From: an uncultured Dehalococcoidales bacterium
Lineage (GTDB): Bacteria; Chloroflexota; Dehalococcoidia; GIF9; AB-539-J10
Direction of reading: 5' to 3'
DNA: 63,096 nt
Assembly: GCA_964509565.1 (NCBI GenBank)
Contig: CAZDXE010000002.1
Location: 1-63,096 of the forward strand
This document shows, piece after piece, positions 54,520-62,832 of this stretch. The translations under genes were made by a program, and so were the position numbers. Each line of letters starts with the position of its first letter. The first letter of the stretch is position 1. A model generated the notes under the pieces. That model did no database searches. It was given only the letters and a program-made list of their open reading frames with translations, and was not told the DNA's origin.

Positions 54520-56913
54520 TCATTCTTTCGCATAGAAACTGTTTATCCAGGCAGGCCTCTCAGGCATATTATCCTGTTCCAGCATCTCCCGCCACTTCTC
54601 ATCAGTGAGCCTTTCGTCCATGGGGTGTTTAAACTCATAGTAGCTAAGTACAGGACCTACACCAATAAGGATTCTGCCATCGGGGACTTTGTATGCCGCC
54701 AGAATCAGGTCAACATAACCAACTCCCTCTTCTAAGACCTGTCGTGGTGGGTTGGTGTCAGTATGAACATCAGCAACAATAGTTGTTTCTTTACCTTTCG
54801 CCTCAACTCCAGCGATTATGGATTCAAGCTCCTCTCCAAAGTTCCTGATGAATTCATAATCTGTCTCGCTTAATTCTTTGTTCTCCAGTTCGCTTATCGA
54901 GATACTGGTCAACCTGCCGAGGATATGTTCCAGACTCTCCAGTCGGGCTTTCTCCTCATCGTTCAGGACATTAAGCTGCCCCAACCCTTCCTTTGTCATA
55001 CTGGTTAACGCCAGCATCCGGGCATAGAATTCAGGAACTGGTTCCACATATCCTACTACTGGCTTGGGGGGTAACGGAGCCATCTCGCAGGTAGGGGTAT
55101 AGCTTTGCTTGGCATAGAGAATGGTGTCGTGCCGTAGCTCGGTCCATGATGCTAAAGTCGCTTGTAATTCCCTATCCTGCCACGCCTTTGTCTGCATGAA
55201 GGTAGGATAACCTTCCCCAAACTCCTGAAGCAATGGCCGCAGTGCATACAACCATGCCCAGTAGAGATTACGGTTCCAATCGGCAACATCAAATCTGTCA
55301 AACTGGCTCTTCAGTTCGCTTAATTGTGTATCGTAGCTTGTGTCTGCTCCTGCGTATTCAGTATCTCCTTCCTCCTGTAGTATTTCATAAGCTCGCTCCG
55401 AGCCTAAAACGGCCATCACATCCAGACCCCTGGGGAAGCACCTTGCTGGCCCAGCCTGGGTCATCTTCATAGTAAAAGGCTCACCATAGCCAACATACAT
55501 ACCAACTGCAGGAGTGACCAGGTTTTGGAACATGTAAGAGTCAGGGACAAACCTCTGTCCCATAAACCTCATCCCCTTAGTCTTAGCCAGGCACTGATAA
55601 AGTTTTCCCCTGGTTATAGGAGGATACACTACACAGATGCCCGATCCCCCGTAAATCTCTGGATTTCTCATTTGAGCTAGCTCAGCCTTGAGGGCGAGCA
55701 AATTCTCATCGCTGGTAAACACATTGGCATCGAATTCAGTGCCAAATATTTTCTCCAGGGCAGCAAGGTACTCGTAAGGTGTCAGGTCATCGGCGGCGCC
55801 CACGAAAAATGAGGTGACCGAATAAATGCGGTTCCATATTCCCTGGGCAGTGCCGTCACCAGCCTCAATACTGGATAATTCGGCCGAAATTAGCGAGGCT
55901 TGAATCGTAGCCAGGTTGGCATCTTCTTCAGTGACCAACGGCCCTCCAAAAGCAGCGCAGTCACTTGCATCTCCCCCCTTTAACAGGAAAGCCATTCTGC
56001 CATACCACATCATTGTCTTGAAGTACCTTTTTAAAATCTCACTGCGGGTGTAATGCCCTCGAGGGACATACTGGGAATAGTCTTCACAGTAACAACAAGG
56101 GAGATCACAGCCACAATCTGTATTCGAATTGAAGATAGCGCTGGGCTTAAAATCCTGGTGCTCCTCAATGTTTTTAACTTCCTCCGCTACCTCACTTTTC
56201 ACATAGTTCGGAGTATTGAAGTTTACCTTCCTTACTGGCTTAAATTCCTTTTTATCATAAGGATATTCCTCGTTCCACTGTTCAATCTCTGCTCTCAGTT
56301 TTGCCTCGTCGTAGCCCTCAGTTGGCGTTTGGAGGAGCTTCAACGCAACAGCGAAATAAGCCACATTTCTCCTCGCTGCTTCCTTGAGCCGTGAATCAGT
56401 AAAACTGTCATAATCAATGGTGGCTCTTTCCATCATGGCGAGGCTCATATCAATGAGTTGGTCAAAGAATTCTTCCTCTTCAATGCGCTTCAGTATCTCA
56501 TTGAACTGGATGTGGTATAGATGGAGAAGAGTATCAGAGGTTACGAATATGGGGACTTCCCATTCCTTCATGATTTTATAAGGTTCTACTATATCGTCAC
56601 CATATCCGGGAATAATCACAAATCCATTTTCCTGAAGGAGCTCTTCTTGATTCCCCCCTAACCTGAACTGAGGCTCTACCTGTGGTAGATTGGTAATTTC
56701 CGTTAGAGCTAGTGGCAAAGAATAGGAAGGTGAAGCTGGAACTGGAGAGATTTCCTCTATCTCATAACAAGAAGCCAGCGCCAGCTTCGGGTTGGATATG
56801 TCGCCAGTGCTTACTGATGGTATGCTCAAGGCAGGTGGGGGTTTTTGGCTCGTGCAGCCGCTGGTGAGAATAATGCCGATTAGTGCCAGGGAAATAAGCG
56901 ATTTTGCCTTCAT
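54520..56913 (-). CDS. Large secreted lipoprotein, DUF3160-like
   Basis: 797 aa from ATG 56913. The signal peptide ends in the lipobox LTSGC. Overall length and the YVPRGHYT motif fit DUF3160 as I recall it. Function unknown. Confidence 0.65.
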   Translation of the reverse strand: MKAKSLISLALIGIILTSGCTSQKPPPALSIPSVSTGDISNPKLALASCYEIEEISPVPASPSYSLPLALTEITNLPQVEPQFRLGGNQEELLQENGFVIIPGYGDDIVEPYKIMKEWEVPIFVTSDTLLHLYHIQFNEILKRIEEEEFFDQLIDMSLAMMERATIDYDSFTDSRLKEAARRNVAYFAVALKLLQTPTEGYDEAKLRAEIEQWNEEYPYDKKEFKPVRKVNFNTPNYVKSEVAEEVKNIEEHQDFKPSAIFNSNTDCGCDLPCCYCEDYSQYVPRGHYTRSEILKRYFKTMMWYGRMAFLLKGGDASDCAAFGGPLVTEEDANLATIQASLISAELSSIEAGDGTAQGIWNRIYSVTSFFVGAADDLTPYEYLAALEKIFGTEFDANVFTSDENLLALKAELAQMRNPEIYGGSGICVVYPPITRGKLYQCLAKTKGMRFMGQRFVPDSYMFQNLVTPAVGMYVGYGEPFTMKMTQAGPARCFPRGLDVMAVLGSERAYEILQEEGDTEYAGADTSYDTQLSELKSQFDRFDVADWNRNLYWAWLYALRPLLQEFGEGYPTFMQTKAWQDRELQATLASWTELRHDTILYAKQSYTPTCEMAPLPPKPVVGYVEPVPEFYARMLALTSMTKEGLGQLNVLNDEEKARLESLEHILGRLTSISISELENKELSETDYEFIRNFGEELESIIAGVEAKGKETTIVADVHTDTNPPRQVLEEGVGYVDLILAAYKVPDGRILIGVGPVLSYYEFKHPMDERLTDEKWREMLEQDNMPERPAWINSFYAKE

Positions 56914-57116
56914 TAAGATTACCTCTCTTATCTTGCTTGTGTATACATATAACGAGTTCCCAGGCAAAAAGTTTACTCGCCCCACCACCATTGGTGTTGA
57001 ATTTCATTGTAACATAAAGTTCTCAGGCTTTCTTTTGCAAGTGCCTTATTTGAACTGCGCATTTCCTCCCATTATTGCAATTCAGCATGTAGTTCAGCTA
57101 CAATAAGGCCAGCCAG

Positions 57117-57184
57117 AATGAGAGTGGAATCATGCGCTACGCCCTTACTTGATGGAAGCAGGAATCTGCATCTCCACTCTCATT
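57117..57184 (+). promoter_or_regulatory. Perfect 12-bp inverted repeat (long hairpin) in the 5' region of the MFS transporter gene
   Basis: AATGAGAGTGGA (57117-28) and TCCACTCTCATT (57173-84) are exact reverse complements separated by 44 nt. An inner ATGC/GCAT helix lies inside. The element ends 70 nt before ATG 57255. Confidence 0.45.
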
Positions 57185-57254
57185 GCACAAGTCGTGCGTC
57201 GGCTTGGCTAAGAAGCTATTAAAGTAAGTACACCTTAAGATCTATCCAGAGTGA

Positions 57255-58559
57255 ATGTTTATGCCTATCATTAAGAAGTTGCGAGGCATTTTCTACGGGT
57301 GGTGGGTCGTGGCCGCTTCTTGTGTGATTTTCCTATTTGTTGGAGGCACAACTTTCTATGGCTTCACCGCTTTCTTTAATCCCATAGTTGCTGAAATGGG
57401 CTGGACCAGGGCTCAGACATCGCTAGCTTTTTCTTTAAGGAGTATTGAGGGTGGTATCATCCGGCCTGTTTTTGGTTTTCTTATCGATCGCATAGGTGCG
57501 CGGAAATGTGTATTCGGAGGCATATTGGTCATTGGGATTAGCTTCATATTAATGAGTCGCACCGATTCTCTCTATTCTTTCTATGCCTCATTTCTTCTAA
57601 TGGCATTAGGCTCTAGTGCTGCCCTTGGCCTCGCCCAATACGCAGCTGTAGCTAATTGGTTCAAACGACGTCGCTCGCTTGCCTTGGGAGTTCTTTCTGC
57701 AGGATTTGGCCTTTCCGGTGTAATGGCTCCAATACTGGTTTTCTTAATTCACTCATATGGTTGGCGGGGTACCATGGTTATTGCAGGAATAGCAACTATG
57801 GCCATTGGTATGCCATTATCACTTCTGATCAGGCACCGGCCTGAACAATATGGTTATCTCCCGGATGGCGATAAACCTGGAGACAAAACATCTCTAATCC
57901 CTGCCAGTAGCGAAACTGAATTGGGTGGTGGCATTGTAGTTAGGAAAGAGCCTAGTTTGAGACAATCTTTAAGAACACGGACTTTCTGGCTATTAATGCT
58001 CTTCAATTTCTTCACCTCTTTTTTCCTTAGCGCTATGACAGTGCACGAAATGCCTTATCTTATTAGCGTCGGCATATCAGAAAAATTGGCTGCTCTTACC
58101 ATGCTGGGTATTACTGCCAGCAGCCTGATTGGAAGGTTGGGTTTTGCCTGGCTTGGCGATATCTATGATAAAAGGCATTTATTGGCGATGACATGTGCCC
58201 TACAAGTCGCAGGTATGTTCATCTTTGCTAATATTCACAGCCCATGGATGATTATTCCTTTCCTCCTCACCTATGGACCAGGGTACGGTGCGACGTTCCC
58301 ATTATTGCCAGCAATCCAGGCTGATTACTTTGGCACAAAATCTTTTGCATCACTCAGGGGTTTATATGCTCTGGGCTGGACAATTTCAGGGGTCACCGCT
58401 CCATTTCTGGCTGGTTGGATGTATGATGTTCAAGGAAGCTACCGCCTTGCTTTTACCATTTTTGCAATCCTGTGTGTCTTCGCCATCCCGACAATTTTAG
58501 CCATTAAGCCTCTGGAGCCCAGCTACTCCTCTCAAAACAACTCGGCTCCCCCTGAATAA
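57255..58559 (+). CDS. MFS transporter (oxalate/formate antiporter-like subfamily)
   Basis: 434 aa, 12 predicted TM helices with a central loop. GFLIDRIGARK motif between TM2 and TM3. Confidence 0.85.
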   Translation: MFMPIIKKLRGIFYGWWVVAASCVIFLFVGGTTFYGFTAFFNPIVAEMGWTRAQTSLAFSLRSIEGGIIRPVFGFLIDRIGARKCVFGGILVIGISFILMSRTDSLYSFYASFLLMALGSSAALGLAQYAAVANWFKRRRSLALGVLSAGFGLSGVMAPILVFLIHSYGWRGTMVIAGIATMAIGMPLSLLIRHRPEQYGYLPDGDKPGDKTSLIPASSETELGGGIVVRKEPSLRQSLRTRTFWLLMLFNFFTSFFLSAMTVHEMPYLISVGISEKLAALTMLGITASSLIGRLGFAWLGDIYDKRHLLAMTCALQVAGMFIFANIHSPWMIIPFLLTYGPGYGATFPLLPAIQADYFGTKSFASLRGLYALGWTISGVTAPFLAGWMYDVQGSYRLAFTIFAILCVFAIPTILAIKPLEPSYSSQNNSAPPE

Positions 58560-58716
58560 CTTACGCTGAGTAGTACTGGCCTTGCAGTCAGCCATCGTAG
58601 CCTTGACAATCACTCCAGAAGATGGTAGAAATCTATGAACCATAAACTTGTCTATACAAATGTTAAGTAGGATGCTAACCTGATAACAGAAAAACCCAGA
58701 ATCGGAGGTGAAGAAT

Positions 58717-59049
58717 ATGGCATTTAAAGCAGCTTTTATTGCACATACCCCTGATGCGGAGCCAGAGAAGCACCGATCTGTGATTGAAACATCTAAGTAT
58801 AAACTTTTCACAGTACTGGTGAAGGGTCAAGCCCAGGCAGTTGAGGAGTGCAAGAAGCTTGTCAATAAGGAAGGTGTTCGCTCGATTCTGCTTTGTCCGG
58901 GTTTTACCCACAGGGCTACTGCGGAGATAGCAGAGGCAGTTGGAGAAAACGTTGCTGTCGCCATAGCCAGAGGAGATGGCCCGAGCAGCAAGGTTTCAAT
59001 GGAAATAATGAAGAGCGAGGGGTGGTTCTCAGAAGAAGGAAGGAAGTAG
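58717..59049 (+). CDS. Small conserved hypothetical protein (DUF6506-like)
   Basis: 110 aa from ATG 58717 (GGAGGTG RBS). MAFKAAFIAHTPDAEPEKHRSVIET...LLCPGFTH...ARGDGPSS. The family assignment is from memory only. Confidence 0.55.
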   Translation: MAFKAAFIAHTPDAEPEKHRSVIETSKYKLFTVLVKGQAQAVEECKKLVNKEGVRSILLCPGFTHRATAEIAEAVGENVAVAIARGDGPSSKVSMEIMKSEGWFSEEGRK

Positions 59050-59229
59050 AATTTCTTTTTCAGGGTTCTTCTCAAGGGGCAGAGCAATTTCCCGTATACT
59101 CGCAGTAGCGTAGAAGTTTTGGCCGTTCGGCAAAAATGGGATCTAAACCGCGTAGGTTAACAGAATACACTTTGATATTGCATAACTAAAAGAAGCTTGC
59201 CAATGAGGAATAGTCGCTTGTGCAACTAC

Positions 59230-59246
59230 CTACTTTAGCTAAGTAG
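59230..59246. promoter_or_regulatory. Near-perfect palindrome (candidate operator) upstream of rubrerythrin
   Basis: CTACTT-t-AGCT-AAGTAG, 30 nt upstream of ATG 59276 and just upstream of a TAGAAT -10-like hexamer (59254-59). Confidence 0.3.
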
Positions 59247-59275
59247 TAGTGAATAGAATTGGTACAAGGAGGTAT

Positions 59276-59782
59276 ATGATGGGTAATACACATGATAATG
59301 TACAAACAGCTTTCGCTGGGGAGAGCCAGGCTAACCGCAAGTATATTTTCTTCGCTGAAAAAGCTGCAGCGGAAGGATACCAGCAGGTGGCTAAATTGTT
59401 TCGTGCGGTTGCCGATGCTGAGACAGTACATGCAAGAAATCATCTAAGAGTTTTGACTGGGATTAAATCGACTGAAGAGAATCTGAGTAGTGCTATTAAT
59501 GGAGAGCACTACGAGTTTAGCACCATGTACCCTTCTTTCATTAAGAAGGCAGAAGAAGAGGGTGATGAAAAAGCAAAAAACAGCTTCAATCTCGCAAACA
59601 AAGTAGAGAAAATCCATCATACTTTATTCCAGTCTGTTCTCTCAAAGATTAAAGCCAAGGAAGTCATCGAGCAAAAACCAGTATACGTTTGTCAAGTTTG
59701 TGGTTATACGGTAGAAGGCGAAGCGCCGGAGCGCTGTCCTGTATGTGGAGCACCAACTAAGATGTTCAAAGCGATAGAATAG
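59276..59782 (+). CDS. Rubrerythrin
   Basis: 168 aa from ATG 59276 (AAGGAGG RBS). Ferritin-like di-iron domain (ESQANRKY...ETVHARNH...) plus a C-terminal rubredoxin CxxC...CxxC. Confidence 0.93.
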   Translation: MMGNTHDNVQTAFAGESQANRKYIFFAEKAAAEGYQQVAKLFRAVADAETVHARNHLRVLTGIKSTEENLSSAINGEHYEFSTMYPSFIKKAEEEGDEKAKNSFNLANKVEKIHHTLFQSVLSKIKAKEVIEQKPVYVCQVCGYTVEGEAPERCPVCGAPTKMFKAIE

Positions 59783-59864
59783 GTTCAAAATTAATAAGGC
59801 CCAGATTCCTCAAGAATTACTCTTTGTCTAATCATTCTGGATTACTAAGAAAGTTCTTTAGCCA

Positions 59865-59902
59865 AGATAGCTGGCTTATGGCAATGCGTAAGCCAGCTAT
59901 CT
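59865..59902. terminator. Perfect 14-bp inverted repeat between convergent genes (candidate bidirectional terminator or stability hairpin)
   Basis: AGATAGCTGGCTTA (59865-78), a 10-nt loop, then TAAGCCAGCTATCT (59889-902). There is no clear U-tract on either side. Confidence 0.5.
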
Positions 59903-60023
59903 CAACACAAAGCTATTCCTCGTCAAGAAACCACTGAATAGGAACTTTCAGTATCTTAGCAATAGCAAATTCCCACTACCTGTAACAGACCTGTTACCAG
60001 TTTCGAGTTGTGCTTTACCAACC

Positions 60024-61172
60024 CTATTCTCTAATTCCTGTTGTCTTTACCAGATACTTATCCATGGTATCTTCGTTCAAGTCAACACCAAGGCCAGGCC
60101 CTTCAGGTACATGAACAAAGCCATTTACATCGACCTTTATTTCTTGCTTAGTTAAGTTGAACCTTAGCGGGGTGTCCGCTAAGCAGTATTCAAAGATGAA
60201 GGCGGTTTTACGTGAAGCAAGCCAGTGCAAGCCAGCAGCCAAATTAATGCCAGTGCCATAGAAGTGATTAGCCACCCTCAGGCCATGATCCTCGGCAATG
60301 TCAGCAATCTTCACGGCTTCTGTGAAACCACTCCGCGCGATATCGATCTGCACTACACTGATTCCACTTCGTTCAATCAAATCTTTGCATTCAAATCTCC
60401 CCGGTTGCCCTTCACCAGCAGCGAGAGGTATTTTAGAAACGTTGCTCAACTTCCTATATCCATCCATGTTATGCTCTTCAAGTGGTTCTTCAAGAAATAA
60501 GAGATCATAGGCTTCAAATTGCTTCACACGACGTATGGCGGTCATGGTATCCCAACAACAACCACCATCTATAAGCAAGTCATTTTCCTTCCCGATGCCA
60601 TGCCGAGCCCCTTCTACCAGCTCCAACTCCATCTTTTCACTCAGCCCCTTTGGCATCCAGCCAAACTTTACAGCGGTAAATCCTTTGTTTATCCACTCCT
60701 TCCCAATCTCGCACGTTTCATTACCATTTTTACCAAAACCAACGCTGGCATAAGCCCGTATTTTCTTATTAAAGGCGCCACCCAGCAATTGATAAATAGG
60801 TAGGTTATAGTATTTTCCAGCTATATCCCACAGAGCTACGTCAATACCAGCTATGGCGTGAACAAGCGCCCCATGCCCTCGACGGCCATAATAAAAGGTA
60901 GATTGGTATAGCTTTTCGTTTATCACTCCGATATCCAGTGGATTCATCCCTATGAGCAATCGCCCTAAACCAGATACAGCGGTATGGCTAAATGGAGCTT
61001 CAATAACAGCTCTTACAACACGGGGGCACGAATCAACATCACCAATTCCGACGATGCCTTCGTCGGTGTGAATTTTCACGATCAACGCGTCCTGAATCCA
61101 CATATCAATGGTCTCAGAAATCTCAGACTCGGGCAAACGAAGTTCAATTGCTTCCACTTTTGTGATCTTCAT
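60024..61172 (-). CDS. Enolase-superfamily enzyme (mandelate racemase/muconate lactonizing family, sugar-acid dehydratase-like)
   Basis: 382 aa from ATG 61172 (GGAGA RBS). MKITKVEAIEL N-terminal capping domain, and barrel metal-ligand regions ...VKFGW..., LFLEEP, AAGE. Confidence 0.85.
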   Translation of the reverse strand: MKITKVEAIELRLPESEISETIDMWIQDALIVKIHTDEGIVGIGDVDSCPRVVRAVIEAPFSHTAVSGLGRLLIGMNPLDIGVINEKLYQSTFYYGRRGHGALVHAIAGIDVALWDIAGKYYNLPIYQLLGGAFNKKIRAYASVGFGKNGNETCEIGKEWINKGFTAVKFGWMPKGLSEKMELELVEGARHGIGKENDLLIDGGCCWDTMTAIRRVKQFEAYDLLFLEEPLEEHNMDGYRKLSNVSKIPLAAGEGQPGRFECKDLIERSGISVVQIDIARSGFTEAVKIADIAEDHGLRVANHFYGTGINLAAGLHWLASRKTAFIFEYCLADTPLRFNLTKQEIKVDVNGFVHVPEGPGLGVDLNEDTMDKYLVKTTGIRE

Positions 61173-61424
61173 CCATTTATTCTCCTTTTGATAATACTCT
61201 GTCCCTGCCAAGCTTTCTTAATATTCTCCATCCATTGTATCAAGTATCAGAGGTTCACTCTATTCGTTCAGCCTTTCCTGAATGCCATTCTGTAGTAAGC
61301 ATACTATCTGAATGCATTATTCTACCTTCATATTATTTAGTACCAACCACAAGTTAACTTAACCCACGGTCTACTAATAACAACCAAGTCACATTTCGTC
61401 AGAATGTATGATCGATAGTTGAGG

Positions 61425-61433
61425 TGATATAAT
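61425..61433 (+). promoter_or_regulatory. Extended -10 promoter element (TGaTATAAT) for the 295-aa orphan gene
   Basis: TG at 61425-26 and TATAAT at 61428-33, 19 nt before ATG 61452, with a GAGAGG RBS in between. Confidence 0.4.
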
Positions 61434-61451
61434 TTCGAATAGAGAGGCTGT

Positions 61452-62339
61452 ATGCAACCGTTATTCGACAATACTGTAACTGCTGATGACCCTATATACA
61501 AGTTCATACGGGATGACCCAGAGCAAGCAACAAAGGTTGCCAAGACGTTTACCGAATCCCTGTGGCAGAAGTATTGTCCCTATGCGGATAATCACTTTCG
61601 AGTGGAAATACAGAAAGTTTTTCATGCCAGATTCTGGGAAATGTATCTGGCTTGCACGCTTATGGATAAGGGCTATCAAATTGCCAGTGATAACACCGGC
61701 CCAGACATAAGAGTTGAACATAAAGGCAATATCATATGGATTGAAGCTACCGCACCGACCAGTGGGAGCCAAAATAGCAGTGATAAGGTCCCCGAGTTAA
61801 TAATAACCCAACCTCCCACTGCTCAGAAAGTTCCTGAGGAACAGATAATCCTAAGATACCGTAGCGCTATTTATGAGAAATACGTCAATAAGTACTTTGG
61901 ATATCTAGGAAGCGGGGTCATAGGCAAAGAGGATTTTTATCTCGTAGCAATAAACGGCTGTCAGATTCCTTCCTCAGGAAGTGACTTTGACCCGCCTAGA
62001 ATAGTACGATGCGTTCTGCCGATTGGATATCCGCAAGTCACAAGCGACACGGCTTCAAGACAGAAAACCTCAGGAGGCTACCAGTATAGGCCACAGATTA
62101 ACAAAGCGAGCGGCAGTTCTGTTAAGACCGACATATTTCTCGACCCATACTATAAACATATCAGTGCTGTCCTTTTCTCAAATGTCAATATTTTCAAGCT
62201 CACCAAGTCTATGGGCGATGACTTCATCATTGTACATAACCCACTAGCCCATTTGTTGCCTGACTATTTCCCAAATTTTGGACGGCAGTATCAAGCTCAC
62301 AGGGGAGGAAAGAAATTTACGGTGCCCAGGAAAAATTAA
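61452..62339 (+). CDS. Hypothetical protein, possible degenerate PD-(D/E)xK nuclease-like N-terminal domain
   Basis: 295 aa, no family recognised. The helix FWEMYLACTL followed by GPDIRVEH...IIWIEATAP resembles the E-PD-ExK core but has T where K is expected. Flanked by gene-free spacers of about 240 and 207 nt. Confidence 0.5.
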   Translation: MQPLFDNTVTADDPIYKFIRDDPEQATKVAKTFTESLWQKYCPYADNHFRVEIQKVFHARFWEMYLACTLMDKGYQIASDNTGPDIRVEHKGNIIWIEATAPTSGSQNSSDKVPELIITQPPTAQKVPEEQIILRYRSAIYEKYVNKYFGYLGSGVIGKEDFYLVAINGCQIPSSGSDFDPPRIVRCVLPIGYPQVTSDTASRQKTSGGYQYRPQINKASGSSVKTDIFLDPYYKHISAVLFSNVNIFKLTKSMGDDFIIVHNPLAHLLPDYFPNFGRQYQAHRGGKKFTVPRKN

Positions 62340-62487
62340 CGGTAGACTTTGAGGTTGTTTTCCCAATAGGCGATACGACGTAACAATCAGCCATTTTGTT
62401 ACCCAACGTCATGTGTGAGAGGACAAACACACTGCTTCAAAGTAATTTCTTGGTCTAGAAGCTGGCTTACGCTTGGCCAAAGTACTA

Positions 62488-62517
62488 TTGACATATCTTC
62501 GTTTGTGCAGCAATAAT
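62488..62517 (+). promoter_or_regulatory. Candidate sigma-70 promoter of the small zinc-ribbon gene
   Basis: TTGACA (62488-93), an 18-nt spacer, AATAAT (62512-17), about 30 nt before ATG 62547. Confidence 0.45.
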
Positions 62518-62546
62518 ACAGAAGATTTGAAATTGAGGAGGATATT

Positions 62547-62690
62547 ATGGCAACAGCTTATTGTATGAAGTGCAGGAAGAAGGTGGAGATAAGGAACCCC
62601 AAACAGATTACACTTAAAAATAGCAGACCAGCAACTCAAGGTGTATGCCCCATGTGTGGGACTAAGGTGTTTAGAATAGGGAAAGCATAG
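62547..62690 (+). CDS. Small zinc-ribbon protein (DUF5679-like)
   Basis: 47 aa, below the track cutoff. Hand translation: MATAYCMKCRKKVEIRNPKQITLKNSRPATQGVCPMCGTKVFRIGKA, with CxxC...CxxC. A strong GAGGAGGA RBS lies 6 nt upstream. Confidence 0.8.
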   Translation: MATAYCMKCRKKVEIRNPKQITLKNSRPATQGVCPMCGTKVFRIGKA

Positions 62691-62780
62691 TGCTTATTAC
62701 CTATAATCTAGTTGCTAGCTGTGCTTGAGTAAGATTTGACGAGAGCCTTTCCGCCTACCTGTAGTGGTGCCATCTATTTA

Positions 62781-62832
62781 CTAAAACCCATAGTCCAGTG
62801 TTACCTATGTGGTCAGCCAGTACAATCAAAAC
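62781..62832 (+). repeat. Copy 2 of the conserved element of about 55 nt
   Basis: See copy 1. Same orientation, 12,351 nt downstream, in a gene-free tail of about 400 nt. Confidence 0.75.

Noticed and set aside
59117-59136. TTTTGGCCGTTCGGCAAAAA hairpin downstream of the DUF6506-like gene as a terminator.
   Set aside because: It has only 3 G-C pairs plus A-T pairs with a bulge, and no separate U-tract. It is too weak to call.
62461-62472. AGCTGGCTTA shared between 62463-72 and the 59865 hairpin, as evidence of a repeat family.
   Set aside because: Exact 10-mer matches are expected many times by chance in a 63-kb window.
50430-62832. The two direct copies of the conserved element as attL/attR of a 12.4-kb integrated island that contains a tRNA gene.
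   Set aside because: There is no integrase, excisionase or mobility gene. The interval contains essential housekeeping genes (metK and sugar-phosphate enzymes). The copies are only about 85 percent identical and have an indel, whereas att sites are normally identical.
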